NCBI GenBank assembly: GCA_002350725.1 | Contig: DEFJ01000025.1 | Coordinates: forward strand, 2,565 to 66,564 | Reading direction: 5' to 3' | Source: Cyanobacteria bacterium UBA2855 | Lineage (GTDB): Bacteria > Cyanobacteriota > Vampirovibrionia > Gastranaerophilales > Gastranaerophilaceae | DNA length: 64,000 nt | In this document: one piece after another, positions 47,357-55,238 of the stretch | How the letters are laid out: each line of letters begins with the position of its first letter | How positions within the stretch are numbered: the first letter of the stretch is position 1 | Translations under genes and position numbers: made by a program | Notes under the pieces: generated by a model | Database searches by the model: none | Seen by the model: the letters and a program-made list of their open reading frames with translations, nothing else | What the model was told of the DNA's origin: nothing

Positions 47357-48057
47357 TCTGTACTACCTTTCCGTCTTAATTCCGTATCATCATCACCCTT
47401 TAGTCTTTTATATAAATTATGTATAAAGGTCTTTAGTTTGAAGGCTTTTTTAGCCTCATCGACTTTCTTTTCATCATTTTGCGCATCTTGAGGATTAAAA
47501 ATGGAGAACAATGATTTTACTTTTTTCTTAAATTCGTTAAGAGGTTCTCCTATTTTTTTGGAAATAGCAGCCTTTATTTCGCCATAAATAGCAGACAATT
47601 TATCAGAAATATCAATTAGTTTTTGAGATACAAATTGCACTATATTATGTACTACATGTGGGATATTTTTAATGATATTCAGAGCATTACCAATAGTGAA
47701 ATTAATAACAAAATTTATAGGTCTGGCAAGTATTTGCGGCAAAGAATTTGAAATTTGCCCCGTTATATTTGCGAGTCTTTCTGACACACTCATCATAAAT
47801 TTATCAAAAGCCGCAAGACGTTGTGCAAAGCTTATAGCATCTTGCTGTCTTTGAAGCTTCGCATTTTGTTGAGCCTTTAGCATTGCACCAATTGCCGCAC
47901 ATTCATTCCAACTCATTTCTCCCGGCTTTGCCGTATGGTCAGCAGTTTTCATCCCTCCGCCCATTCCGTTACAAATAGGGCAAGCACCCAAAGGCGCACC
48001 ATGCGGACAGGTACCCGATTTCATAATATTAGGTTGTGACATCACTGCAGACGGCAT
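47353..48057 (-). CDS. Orphan protein with N-terminal Cys/His knuckle (CPHGAPLGACPIC) and helical body (234 aa)
   Basis: The preferred start MPSAVMSQ at 48057 has SD gaagagga 9 nt upstream. It is the first gene behind the structured leader. Confidence 0.7.
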   Translation of the reverse strand: MPSAVMSQPNIMKSGTCPHGAPLGACPICNGMGGGMKTADHTAKPGEMSWNECAAIGAMLKAQQNAKLQRQQDAISFAQRLAAFDKFMMSVSERLANITGQISNSLPQILARPINFVINFTIGNALNIIKNIPHVVHNIVQFVSQKLIDISDKLSAIYGEIKAAISKKIGEPLNEFKKKVKSLFSIFNPQDAQNDEKKVDEAKKAFKLKTFIHNLYKRLKGDDDTELRRKGSTE

Positions 48058-48224
48058 TAAAAAATCCTCTTCATATACACATTGCAAAGAGGACAACTCT
48101 AATCGGATAAGAATTTCCATATCGCACGTAGAAATTCATCACATATTGAGCATTCCGGCTTTCCCGCAGATGCGGCATACGGTTGCGGCTACAGTCGGGG
48201 AATTTCACCCCGTTTCCTCGTTTG
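48058..48224 (-). promoter_or_regulatory. Structured 5' leader: candidate short (class-II-like) cobalamin riboswitch plus SD-sequestering/terminator hairpin
   Basis: Minus-strand RNA: CGAGGAAACGGGGUGAAAUUCCCCGACUGUAGCCGCAACCGUAUGCCGCAUCUGCGGGAAAGCCGGAAUGCUC (48146-48222). It is the only GC-rich intergenic block in the window. Downstream are hairpin GAAUUUC-13-GAAAUUC (48111-48137) and hairpin UCCUCUU-15-AAGAGGA (48065-48092), which contains the SD and is followed by UUUUUU and the AUG. Confidence 0.5.
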
Positions 48225-48231
48225 TATTCAT

Positions 48232-48260
48232 ATCCTAAAATAACCATATACCAATGTCAA
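48232..48260 (-). promoter_or_regulatory. Promoter TTGACA-17-TAGGAT driving the riboswitch-like leader
   Basis: Minus strand: TTGACAttggtatatggttatttTAGGAT. Confidence 0.55.
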
Positions 48261-48278
48261 CAACCGCAGCGGTTTTTC

Positions 48279-48307
48279 TTGACAATAATAATGCGGCATT
48301 GTACTAT
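48279..48307 (+). promoter_or_regulatory. Divergent promoter TTGACA-17-TACTAT for the DUF4145-like gene
   Basis: TTGACAataataatgcggcattgTACTAT, 15 nt upstream of the ATG at 48323. Confidence 0.55.
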
Positions 48308-48322
48308 TATATCGGGAAATTA

Positions 48323-49099
48323 ATGATGGCTGCAAATTTTGATTTTTTAAAAAAAACTGACAAAAATTTATTTGAAATTATTAATGAAGCTGAAAAACTA
48401 TATCGCGATGAATATTTTTCACAATGCATTACTCAAACCAGACAATTTGCAGAAAATGTATGTAAAAATGTACTTGGAGATAAACGTACGGTTGAAGAAA
48501 CTTTTGACGATATGTTGGCAACGCTAAAGGATAACTCCTCAGGAGAAGAGCAGGAAAAAGAATTTATTGATGACTTATATTTTCTAAAAAAACAAGGAAA
48601 TGATGCAGTTCACTCTTCAACAAACAATAAAAGCGGTATGGAGGCACTTGAATGCTTACAAAGAGCCTTTGAAGTCGCAATAAATTATGCGGTATACAAC
48701 AAGGGCGCAAAATCGGATATTTTAAAATTAAGATATGATACAGAGCTTCTTGTTACAGGTAAAAAGTCTAAAAAATCTTTATCAGAAAAATATGAAGAAG
48801 CTAAAGAAAACGAAGAAAAGAAAACTTCAACAAAAACTAAAAAATCTACAGGTTCAAAAAGGGGAAGAAAATCAAAAAAAGAAATAAGTGTATTCCCCAT
48901 AAGTTGGGGTATAAAGCCTAAAGAAAAACCTCAAACAAAAAAAGAAAATAAAAAGAAAAAAGTTTTCACAAAACAATCATACTCAATGAAACATAAAAAT
49001 AACAAAAAAGGTCTGCCGATATTTTGGATAATCGTCGGTATATCTTCTTTCATTTCGTTAGTTGTAATATTATCAATGTTTATCGCAAGTGTTCTGTAA
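48323..49099 (+). CDS. DUF4145-like N-terminal domain, Lys-rich linker, C-terminal TM anchor
   Basis: The start was moved to MMAANFDFLKK, downstream of the promoter found inside the ORF-track N-terminus. FDFL...AE.L....P..C....R.FAE pattern, KKSKKS.../KRGRKSKK linker, and final TM helix IFWIIVGISSFISLVVILSMFIASVL. Confidence 0.55.
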   Translation: MMAANFDFLKKTDKNLFEIINEAEKLYRDEYFSQCITQTRQFAENVCKNVLGDKRTVEETFDDMLATLKDNSSGEEQEKEFIDDLYFLKKQGNDAVHSSTNNKSGMEALECLQRAFEVAINYAVYNKGAKSDILKLRYDTELLVTGKKSKKSLSEKYEEAKENEEKKTSTKTKKSTGSKRGRKSKKEISVFPISWGIKPKEKPQTKKENKKKKVFTKQSYSMKHKNNKKGLPIFWIIVGISSFISLVVILSMFIASVL

Positions 49100-49115
49100 A
49101 TTAAAGGGATCTATT

Positions 49116-50399
49116 ATGAAAAAATATATTTTATTATTATGCGTAATCTTAATGTTCAATCAGAATTACACAAGTGCAGATATAATAAATCCAAATTACA
49201 ACAACGGTAATGTATATAAGCAGGATAAAAGATTTATTCCAGTACAAGCGCCTGATTATGCAAGATTTTACGATATCGATTCCGAAAAATTCACGGCAAA
49301 ATTTATCCCATACAGTAACTCCGCCGAAAAACTTCTTTCGGGGTCTATAAAAACTTCGTACAAGAATGCGAAAAAGATTGAAAAATACATTGCCGATAAA
49401 AACTACAAAAAAGCTGTCGGTGTTGACGGAAACTTTTTACCAACTCATTTAAAATACTATCATTATTTGGTAGATAAAAACGACATGCACTCTGCAATGA
49501 ACGAAATGATGATAATTAAACGTATAAATTCTGCTGACAGAGTTCTTAATGACGATATTGTTTCTTATAAACTCGGAATGCTCTATTATCTGAACAAAAA
49601 TTACGCAGGCGCGCTTAGTTATCTTGCGGATTTTGCTGATAAAAAAAATCCGTCCGAGGAAAATTTATGGTTTGCATTAGGGGATATTTATTCTAACCTC
49701 AACAACTACGAAATGAGTCTGAAATATGCAAAAAAAATTCCCTCAACATCAATAAATTATACACCGGCTCTGGAAATTTTATATAACGACTATTATGGAC
49801 TAAAAGACAATAAAAATGCTGAAATTTATGCAAGAGAACTGGTTAAACGGAGTCCAAATGCAACTAATTATGTAAGACTTGCAACCGTTTCAAGCTCCAA
49901 CGACTCGGAAAAACTCAGACTTTTATATACGGCAAAAGACTATGCGGTTACTAACTATGATTACGACTCTTTACTAAGAGCCGATTTTGGCATAGCAAAA
50001 TTAGAACAGAAAAAAATTGATGCGGCAGCTTCTAAATTATACGGTTTTGTAGTAAAACCCGATTGGAATAAAATATACGAAGTATTATCACCTATATTAG
50101 AACCGCTGGAATTAAGCAAAATGCAATCCGAATTTTTTGGCGCCACAAATAATTGCATAACAAGATACAACGGAAATGATTTAATCAAATGCTTTGAAAA
50201 TGTAAATTCAGAAGAAAATAGTAAAGTAAACGGGATACTTCAAGAATACGAGCAAGCATATATCGAGCAGCTGCAAGCAGAAGCCGAAGCGCAAAGACAA
50301 CAAGAATTTCTGATGAGAACATATTATCAAAGAATGTATATAGATGATTTTATGTATATGAGGCATTATCCAAGATATTTTATGAACAATTTTTGGTAA
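49116..50399 (+). CDS. Secreted TPR-repeat protein
   Basis: Signal peptide MKKYILLLCVILMFNQNYTSA. Several TPR-like helical pairs (e.g. ALSYLADFADKKNPSEENLWFALGDIYSNLNNYEMSLKYAKK). Confidence 0.7.
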   Translation: MKKYILLLCVILMFNQNYTSADIINPNYNNGNVYKQDKRFIPVQAPDYARFYDIDSEKFTAKFIPYSNSAEKLLSGSIKTSYKNAKKIEKYIADKNYKKAVGVDGNFLPTHLKYYHYLVDKNDMHSAMNEMMIIKRINSADRVLNDDIVSYKLGMLYYLNKNYAGALSYLADFADKKNPSEENLWFALGDIYSNLNNYEMSLKYAKKIPSTSINYTPALEILYNDYYGLKDNKNAEIYARELVKRSPNATNYVRLATVSSSNDSEKLRLLYTAKDYAVTNYDYDSLLRADFGIAKLEQKKIDAAASKLYGFVVKPDWNKIYEVLSPILEPLELSKMQSEFFGATNNCITRYNGNDLIKCFENVNSEENSKVNGILQEYEQAYIEQLQAEAEAQRQQEFLMRTYYQRMYIDDFMYMRHYPRYFMNNFW

Positions 50400-50434
50400 A
50401 AATAATTACTATATATTATATAATGTTTATACAA

Positions 50435-50463
50435 TTGACATTTAATATATAACATTATAAAAT
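50435..50463 (+). promoter_or_regulatory. Promoter TTGACA-17-TAAAAT embedded in a 10-bp inverted repeat
   Basis: ATAATGTTATacaaTTGACAtttaatatATAACATTATAAAAT. Confidence 0.45.
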
Positions 50464-50491
50464 ATATCCGTTGATTAAAGGGGTTTTATGT

Positions 50492-52168
50492 ATGGAATTA
50501 CGAAATAGTAGAATTTTATCATTATTGGAAACTAAAACGGGAGATTATGAAAACCGTGTAGCACTTGGGATAAAAGGACCTTACGGGTGGAGAGAATTTA
50601 CGTATAAAGGACTTGGGCTACTTTCAAGAAGAATTGCCAGATATCTGATTGAAGATTTAGGTATAAAAAAAGGCGAAAGTCTTGCAATATTGTCAGAATC
50701 AAAGCCTGAATACGGAGCTTGCGTCTTTGCATCCGTGTTAACAGGTACAATAACGGTTCCTTTGGATATTAAACTTTCAAAATATGAATTAATATCTATA
50801 TTATCTGATTGTTTACCTTCAGTTATGCTTGTATCTCAAGACTATCTTGATATGGCACTTGAAATACAAAAAGAAGTTCCGTCTATTAAACATATTCTTT
50901 TAATTGACGAACATGCGGTTAAGGATGACGTTACAAATATTTACGATTTACCGGAAAAATATGATGCAAAATGGAGACAACGCAGCTCTAAATCAACAGC
51001 ATTTATTATTTATACATCAGGAACGACAGGAGCACCTAAAGGGGTTGAAATTTCTTTCAAAAATGTAAATGCCCAGCTTGTAGACTTAATGGAAGTTGTA
51101 GGAATAATTTTACCTAAAAATCAAAAAATTAACATGCTGTCTATTTTACCTATGAATCATTTATTTGAAATGACCGTAGGCTTTTCAACTTTCCTAAATT
51201 CAGGATTTTCGGTATTTTATACAAGCAGCTTTAAGCCAAAAGACATAACCGGAGTAATGAAAGAAAAAGGAATACAATTTATGATTGCAGTTCCGGCTTT
51301 CTTGAAATTATTAAAAGCCGGTATAGAAAAAGAGCTTTCTGCATCACCTATATACGTAAGGCTTGCCTTTAAGGTTATGTATTTTATTGCACAATTTATA
51401 CCGTCATACAAAATGAGAAGAAAATTATTCAAAAAATTACATCAGAATTTAGGCGGAAAATTCTTTGGATGCATCTCAGGCGGAGCACCACTGGATGTTG
51501 AAGTCGGGGAGTTTTTTGAAAGAATCGGCATTCGAGTTTATCAGGGCTACGGCTTATCCGAAACAAGTCCTGTTGTATCTGTAAACTACGACAAGAGAGG
51601 TGAACTTGCATCAGTTGGACATCCGTTAAGTCACTTTGAGGCAAAAGTTGACGAACAAACAGGAGAATTGTTATTAAGAGGTCCATCTGTTATGAAAGGA
51701 TATCATAATCAACCTGAAATGACAGCAGAAGTTATTGATGAAGACGGTTGGCTGCATACAGGTGATATTGCAAAAATTGATAAAGACGGACATATTTATA
51801 TAACCGGTCGTATTAAGAATATGATTGTTCTACAAGGCGGTAAAAAAGTTTTTCCGGAAGAAGTTGAAGCTGTTTTGGAAAAAAGCCATTATATTTCTGA
51901 AGTATGTGTTCTTGGAACATCAAGAAGCTTTGGCTCTAAAGATGGCACGGAAGAAGTTACAGCTGTTGTTGTACCAAAAGATGAATTGTACAATACTTAT
52001 TCAGATGAAGATATTGACAGAATGATAAAATTAGAAGTCAAAACATTGTCATCCCACTTGGCATCATATAAACGTCCGACAAATGTTGTTATTTCCCGCG
52101 AACCGCTACCTAAAACGACAACAAGAAAAGTCAAACGTAACGACGTTAGAGAATTAATTAAAGCATAG
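50492..52168 (+). CDS. AMP-dependent long-chain acyl-CoA synthetase/ligase
   Basis: YTSGTTGAPKGV AMP-binding motif, plus GYGLSET and GDIAKIDKDGHIYITGRIK motifs. Confidence 0.85.
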   Translation: MELRNSRILSLLETKTGDYENRVALGIKGPYGWREFTYKGLGLLSRRIARYLIEDLGIKKGESLAILSESKPEYGACVFASVLTGTITVPLDIKLSKYELISILSDCLPSVMLVSQDYLDMALEIQKEVPSIKHILLIDEHAVKDDVTNIYDLPEKYDAKWRQRSSKSTAFIIYTSGTTGAPKGVEISFKNVNAQLVDLMEVVGIILPKNQKINMLSILPMNHLFEMTVGFSTFLNSGFSVFYTSSFKPKDITGVMKEKGIQFMIAVPAFLKLLKAGIEKELSASPIYVRLAFKVMYFIAQFIPSYKMRRKLFKKLHQNLGGKFFGCISGGAPLDVEVGEFFERIGIRVYQGYGLSETSPVVSVNYDKRGELASVGHPLSHFEAKVDEQTGELLLRGPSVMKGYHNQPEMTAEVIDEDGWLHTGDIAKIDKDGHIYITGRIKNMIVLQGGKKVFPEEVEAVLEKSHYISEVCVLGTSRSFGSKDGTEEVTAVVVPKDELYNTYSDEDIDRMIKLEVKTLSSHLASYKRPTNVVISREPLPKTTTRKVKRNDVRELIKA

Positions 52169-52218
52169 TATTACAAATCCTGTTTTCATGTTATAATATC
52201 TATACTAAGGAGAATATT

Positions 52219-52563
52219 ATGACATTAAGAAACGAACGTGTAAGAAAAGAATTAATGCGCGACATCTCTGAAATTCTCAGAAAAGAAATTCGAGGGTTGG
52301 CAGGTGTTGTTTCAATCGTTGATGTTGAAGTTGCGCACGACAATTCGTTTGCACGCGTTATATACAGTGTTTTAGGATCTGAAGAACAGATTGAAAAGAC
52401 AAAAGAAATTATTGAAAAAAGCACCCCAAAAATCAGATTTGAAGTAGGTAAGCGTATACGCTTACGCCTTACTCCCGAACTAAAATTTGTATATACAGAC
52501 TCATTAGAAAAGGGTTCAAGAGTCAGCGAATTAATAAACAAAATTTCCAGAGGAGAAATATAG
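52219..52563 (+). CDS. rbfA: Ribosome-binding factor A
   Basis: RVRKELMRDISEILRKEI... and the LRLTPELKFVYD-like C-terminus, upstream of truB. Confidence 0.9.
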   Translation: MTLRNERVRKELMRDISEILRKEIRGLAGVVSIVDVEVAHDNSFARVIYSVLGSEEQIEKTKEIIEKSTPKIRFEVGKRIRLRLTPELKFVYTDSLEKGSRVSELINKISRGEI

Positions 52564-52569
52564 ACAATT

Positions 52570-53487
52570 ATGTTCGGGGTAATAAACATTTACAAACCTC
52601 GAGGCTTGACCTCTCACGACGTTGTCGAAATTATCAGGAAAATTTTAAAAATTAAGCAAGTCGGACATACCGGAACCCTAGACCCGTTTGCAGAGGGAGT
52701 TTTACCAATATGCGTAGGAAAAGCTACTCGGCTTATTGATTATTTTGATGATGACAAAGAATACCTAGCAACAGTGAAATTTGGGACTTCTACAGACACT
52801 TATGATACAGAAGGAAAAATCACAAAAACCTCAGATAAAATAATATCTGCAAGTGATATTGAAAAAAACTTGGTAAATTTTAGAGGAGAAATATCTCAAC
52901 TGCCTCCTATGTATTCGGCGGTAAAAGTCAACGGCAAAAAGCTCTATGAATACGCTAGAGTTGGGGAAACCGTACAAATTGAACCGCGTAAAGTCACAAT
53001 ATATAAACTTGAACTTGAAAGTTTTAATGAAGCTGAACAAACCGCAAAAATACGTGTAAAATGTTCTAAAGGCACATATATCCGCTCAATCGCAAACGAT
53101 TTAGGAGAAGAGTTAGGATGCTATGCTCATTTATCTGCTCTCGTACGAACACGGTCAGGGAAATTTAATGTACAAAATTCTAAAAAATTGCCTGTAAAAA
53201 TTCTACCAAAAACAGGAGAAGATAAATTTATAAAATATGAAATTTTTGAAAACGCAAAAGAAGAAATTCTATCGGCTATCCAATCGCCTCTTGACGCACT
53301 ATCTTTACCAATCGTAGAAGTCGAAGAGAATGAACATATAAAAATTTCTCACGGTAATTCAATAAAAAAAGATATAAAAAATATTAATAGTGGTGATTTT
53401 TTAATTTTGTTTTATAATAATAATGTTGATGCCGTTGGGCAATTTGATGGTACGGAAATAAAGGTTAAAAAGGTGTTGTTACAATGA
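52570..53487 (+). CDS. truB: tRNA pseudouridine55 synthase
   Basis: GVINIYKPRGLTSHDVV and the catalytic GHTGTLDPFAEGVLPI motif. Confidence 0.9.
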   Translation: MFGVINIYKPRGLTSHDVVEIIRKILKIKQVGHTGTLDPFAEGVLPICVGKATRLIDYFDDDKEYLATVKFGTSTDTYDTEGKITKTSDKIISASDIEKNLVNFRGEISQLPPMYSAVKVNGKKLYEYARVGETVQIEPRKVTIYKLELESFNEAEQTAKIRVKCSKGTYIRSIANDLGEELGCYAHLSALVRTRSGKFNVQNSKKLPVKILPKTGEDKFIKYEIFENAKEEILSAIQSPLDALSLPIVEVEENEHIKISHGNSIKKDIKNINSGDFLILFYNNNVDAVGQFDGTEIKVKKVLLQ

Positions 53488-54344
53488 AAAAGATACTAAT
53501 TATGTTAGGGTTAATTATGTTGACAGGAACGGCAGTTCAGGCTGCTAATTGTGAAAATTTTGGCTGTGCAGCTAATCCATACTCAAATTCTTTATCTTTT
53601 AGTAATTTGACGGGAACAAATTTCTTGGCTGAAAAAATCGGGAATTTGGTTATAAAAAAAGCAATCAAAAAAGACTCTAAAGGTAAATATAAAGTCAATT
53701 TACAATCATATAATTTAACAGCATTGAAAAAAGGGATATTTAAATCGCTTGAAATTGACGGAACAGATACCGTTACCGACGAAATTTATGTGTCAAAAGT
53801 TAAGCTAAAAACACTTTGTGACTACAACTATGTTGATATCAACAACAAAGATAATACAGCAACTTTTATGGAACCGTTTGCAATGTCATTTGCTTTGCAG
53901 ATAACAGAAAATGATTTAATTAAAACAATGGAAAGTAAGTCCTACACTGAACTTCTCCGCAGAGTAAACAGTATCGGAAACACATCAAAACTTTTTAATA
54001 TAGTATCAACTAAAGCTAAAATTGAAGATAATAAATTATACTATATTATGTCTGTCGGCATTCCGTTTGTAAAAGCAAAACAAGATATTACAATTGAAAC
54101 TGATTTCAAAGTAAGAAACGGTGAAATTGCACTTAACAACACAAAACTTGTTACTAATGTATTCAAATTTGACATAAGCAAATTGGAAAAAATTATTAAT
54201 TACTTGAACCCTCTTGAATTTTCAATGGGAATATTGGAAAATCAAGAAGTACAAACTCAAGTTAAGGAAATAACAATTAATGACAATAAAATTGATATCA
54301 GCGGTATCTTTACCGTAGAAAAAGGGTTTGTAACAGAAAAATAG
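53484..54344 (+). CDS. Secreted hypothetical protein (LmeA/DUF2993-like?)
   Basis: Signal peptide MKKILIMLGLIMLTGTAVQA. Start overlaps the truB stop. The family assignment is tentative. Confidence 0.55.
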   Translation: MKKILIMLGLIMLTGTAVQAANCENFGCAANPYSNSLSFSNLTGTNFLAEKIGNLVIKKAIKKDSKGKYKVNLQSYNLTALKKGIFKSLEIDGTDTVTDEIYVSKVKLKTLCDYNYVDINNKDNTATFMEPFAMSFALQITENDLIKTMESKSYTELLRRVNSIGNTSKLFNIVSTKAKIEDNKLYYIMSVGIPFVKAKQDITIETDFKVRNGEIALNNTKLVTNVFKFDISKLEKIINYLNPLEFSMGILENQEVQTQVKEITINDNKIDISGIFTVEKGFVTEK

Positions 54345-54358
54345 AAGAGGTTTTCGGC

Positions 54359-54970
54359 ATGAAAAAACAGCAACTTTTAATTATACTAGGCGGTCTTTTT
54401 ATAGTTATATTATCCGTTGTCATAGGTTTGGCATTTTTGTCACCGATATTTAAGAACAGAGATAACGAAGGTCCTGGGGTTGTAGCGGAATTACCGCAGG
54501 TAAACCCTGATGAACAAGAGGAACAACCAGAGGAACAGAAGCCAAAAGACTTTATTCAAGTAGTATTTATCGGTAAAAATTCCGGCGGAGATGAAGTATA
54601 TAAAGTCGTAAAAAGAGAGTACGATGCAAATATTGACGGGTCAAAATTGAGATTTGCAATATCTTCTTTAATTATGGGACCTATACAAACCGAAAAAGCC
54701 ACCGGAATATATTCTGAAGTACCGACAAGCACAAATATATTGCACGTATACGATAATGAAGATAAAGTTATAGTTGATTTATCCTCAGGTTTTGTATACG
54801 GCGGCGGGACAGAAAGTGTTTACAAAAGATTATTCCAATTAATTAAAACAATAACAAGAAACACGGAAAAACCGGCATATTTATACATTGACGGCAGACA
54901 AGCAGACGTAATAGGCGGAGACGGAATAATGATTACCCAACCGCTCAGTGAAAATTCAATCGGAGAATGA
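54359..54970 (+). CDS. Membrane-anchored GerMN-domain protein
   Basis: N-terminal TM helix, acidic linker, then a GerMN-like region (LRFAISSLIMGP...GIYSEVP...L.V......VIVDLS). Confidence 0.6.
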   Translation: MKKQQLLIILGGLFIVILSVVIGLAFLSPIFKNRDNEGPGVVAELPQVNPDEQEEQPEEQKPKDFIQVVFIGKNSGGDEVYKVVKREYDANIDGSKLRFAISSLIMGPIQTEKATGIYSEVPTSTNILHVYDNEDKVIVDLSSGFVYGGGTESVYKRLFQLIKTITRNTEKPAYLYIDGRQADVIGGDGIMITQPLSENSIGE

Positions 54971-55236
54971 TGGAAAAGGATTTAGAATACTATTTAAATC
55001 TTGATTGGACACTAATCGAGGGAGAGGACTTGGATTTTGAAGGGAAACCTTATCATTACATAATGATAGACGAAATCCCGAGCTTCTGTTTCTGCGCAAA
55101 GACACCTGAAAAAGCGCACGAAAATTATAAAAAGCAGTTAAAATTAACTCTAACGGTAATGCTTGAAACGGGGGAACACATAAAAGAGCCGGGAGAAGAA
55201 GACTCCGAACCCGATTGGGAATCTCTCTGCCCGTAA
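54967..55236 (+). CDS. Small acidic protein, HicB/UPF0150-like fold (tentative)
   Basis: 89 aa, ATGA-coupled to the upstream gene. The pattern Y...I.E.P.....A.T.EKA is reminiscent of the HicB N-domain. No hicA-like partner was seen. Confidence 0.35.
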   Translation: MMEKDLEYYLNLDWTLIEGEDLDFEGKPYHYIMIDEIPSFCFCAKTPEKAHENYKKQLKLTLTVMLETGEHIKEPGEEDSEPDWESLCP

Positions 55237-55238
55237 AC

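Noticed and set aside
52200-52589. 129-aa minus-strand ORF
   Set aside because: It is exactly antisense to the well-supported rbfA gene and gives a low-complexity translation.
54967-55236. HicAB toxin-antitoxin module
   Set aside because: Only a weak HicB-like pattern is present, and there is no adjacent HicA-like small basic toxin ORF. It is translationally coupled to a GerMN gene instead.
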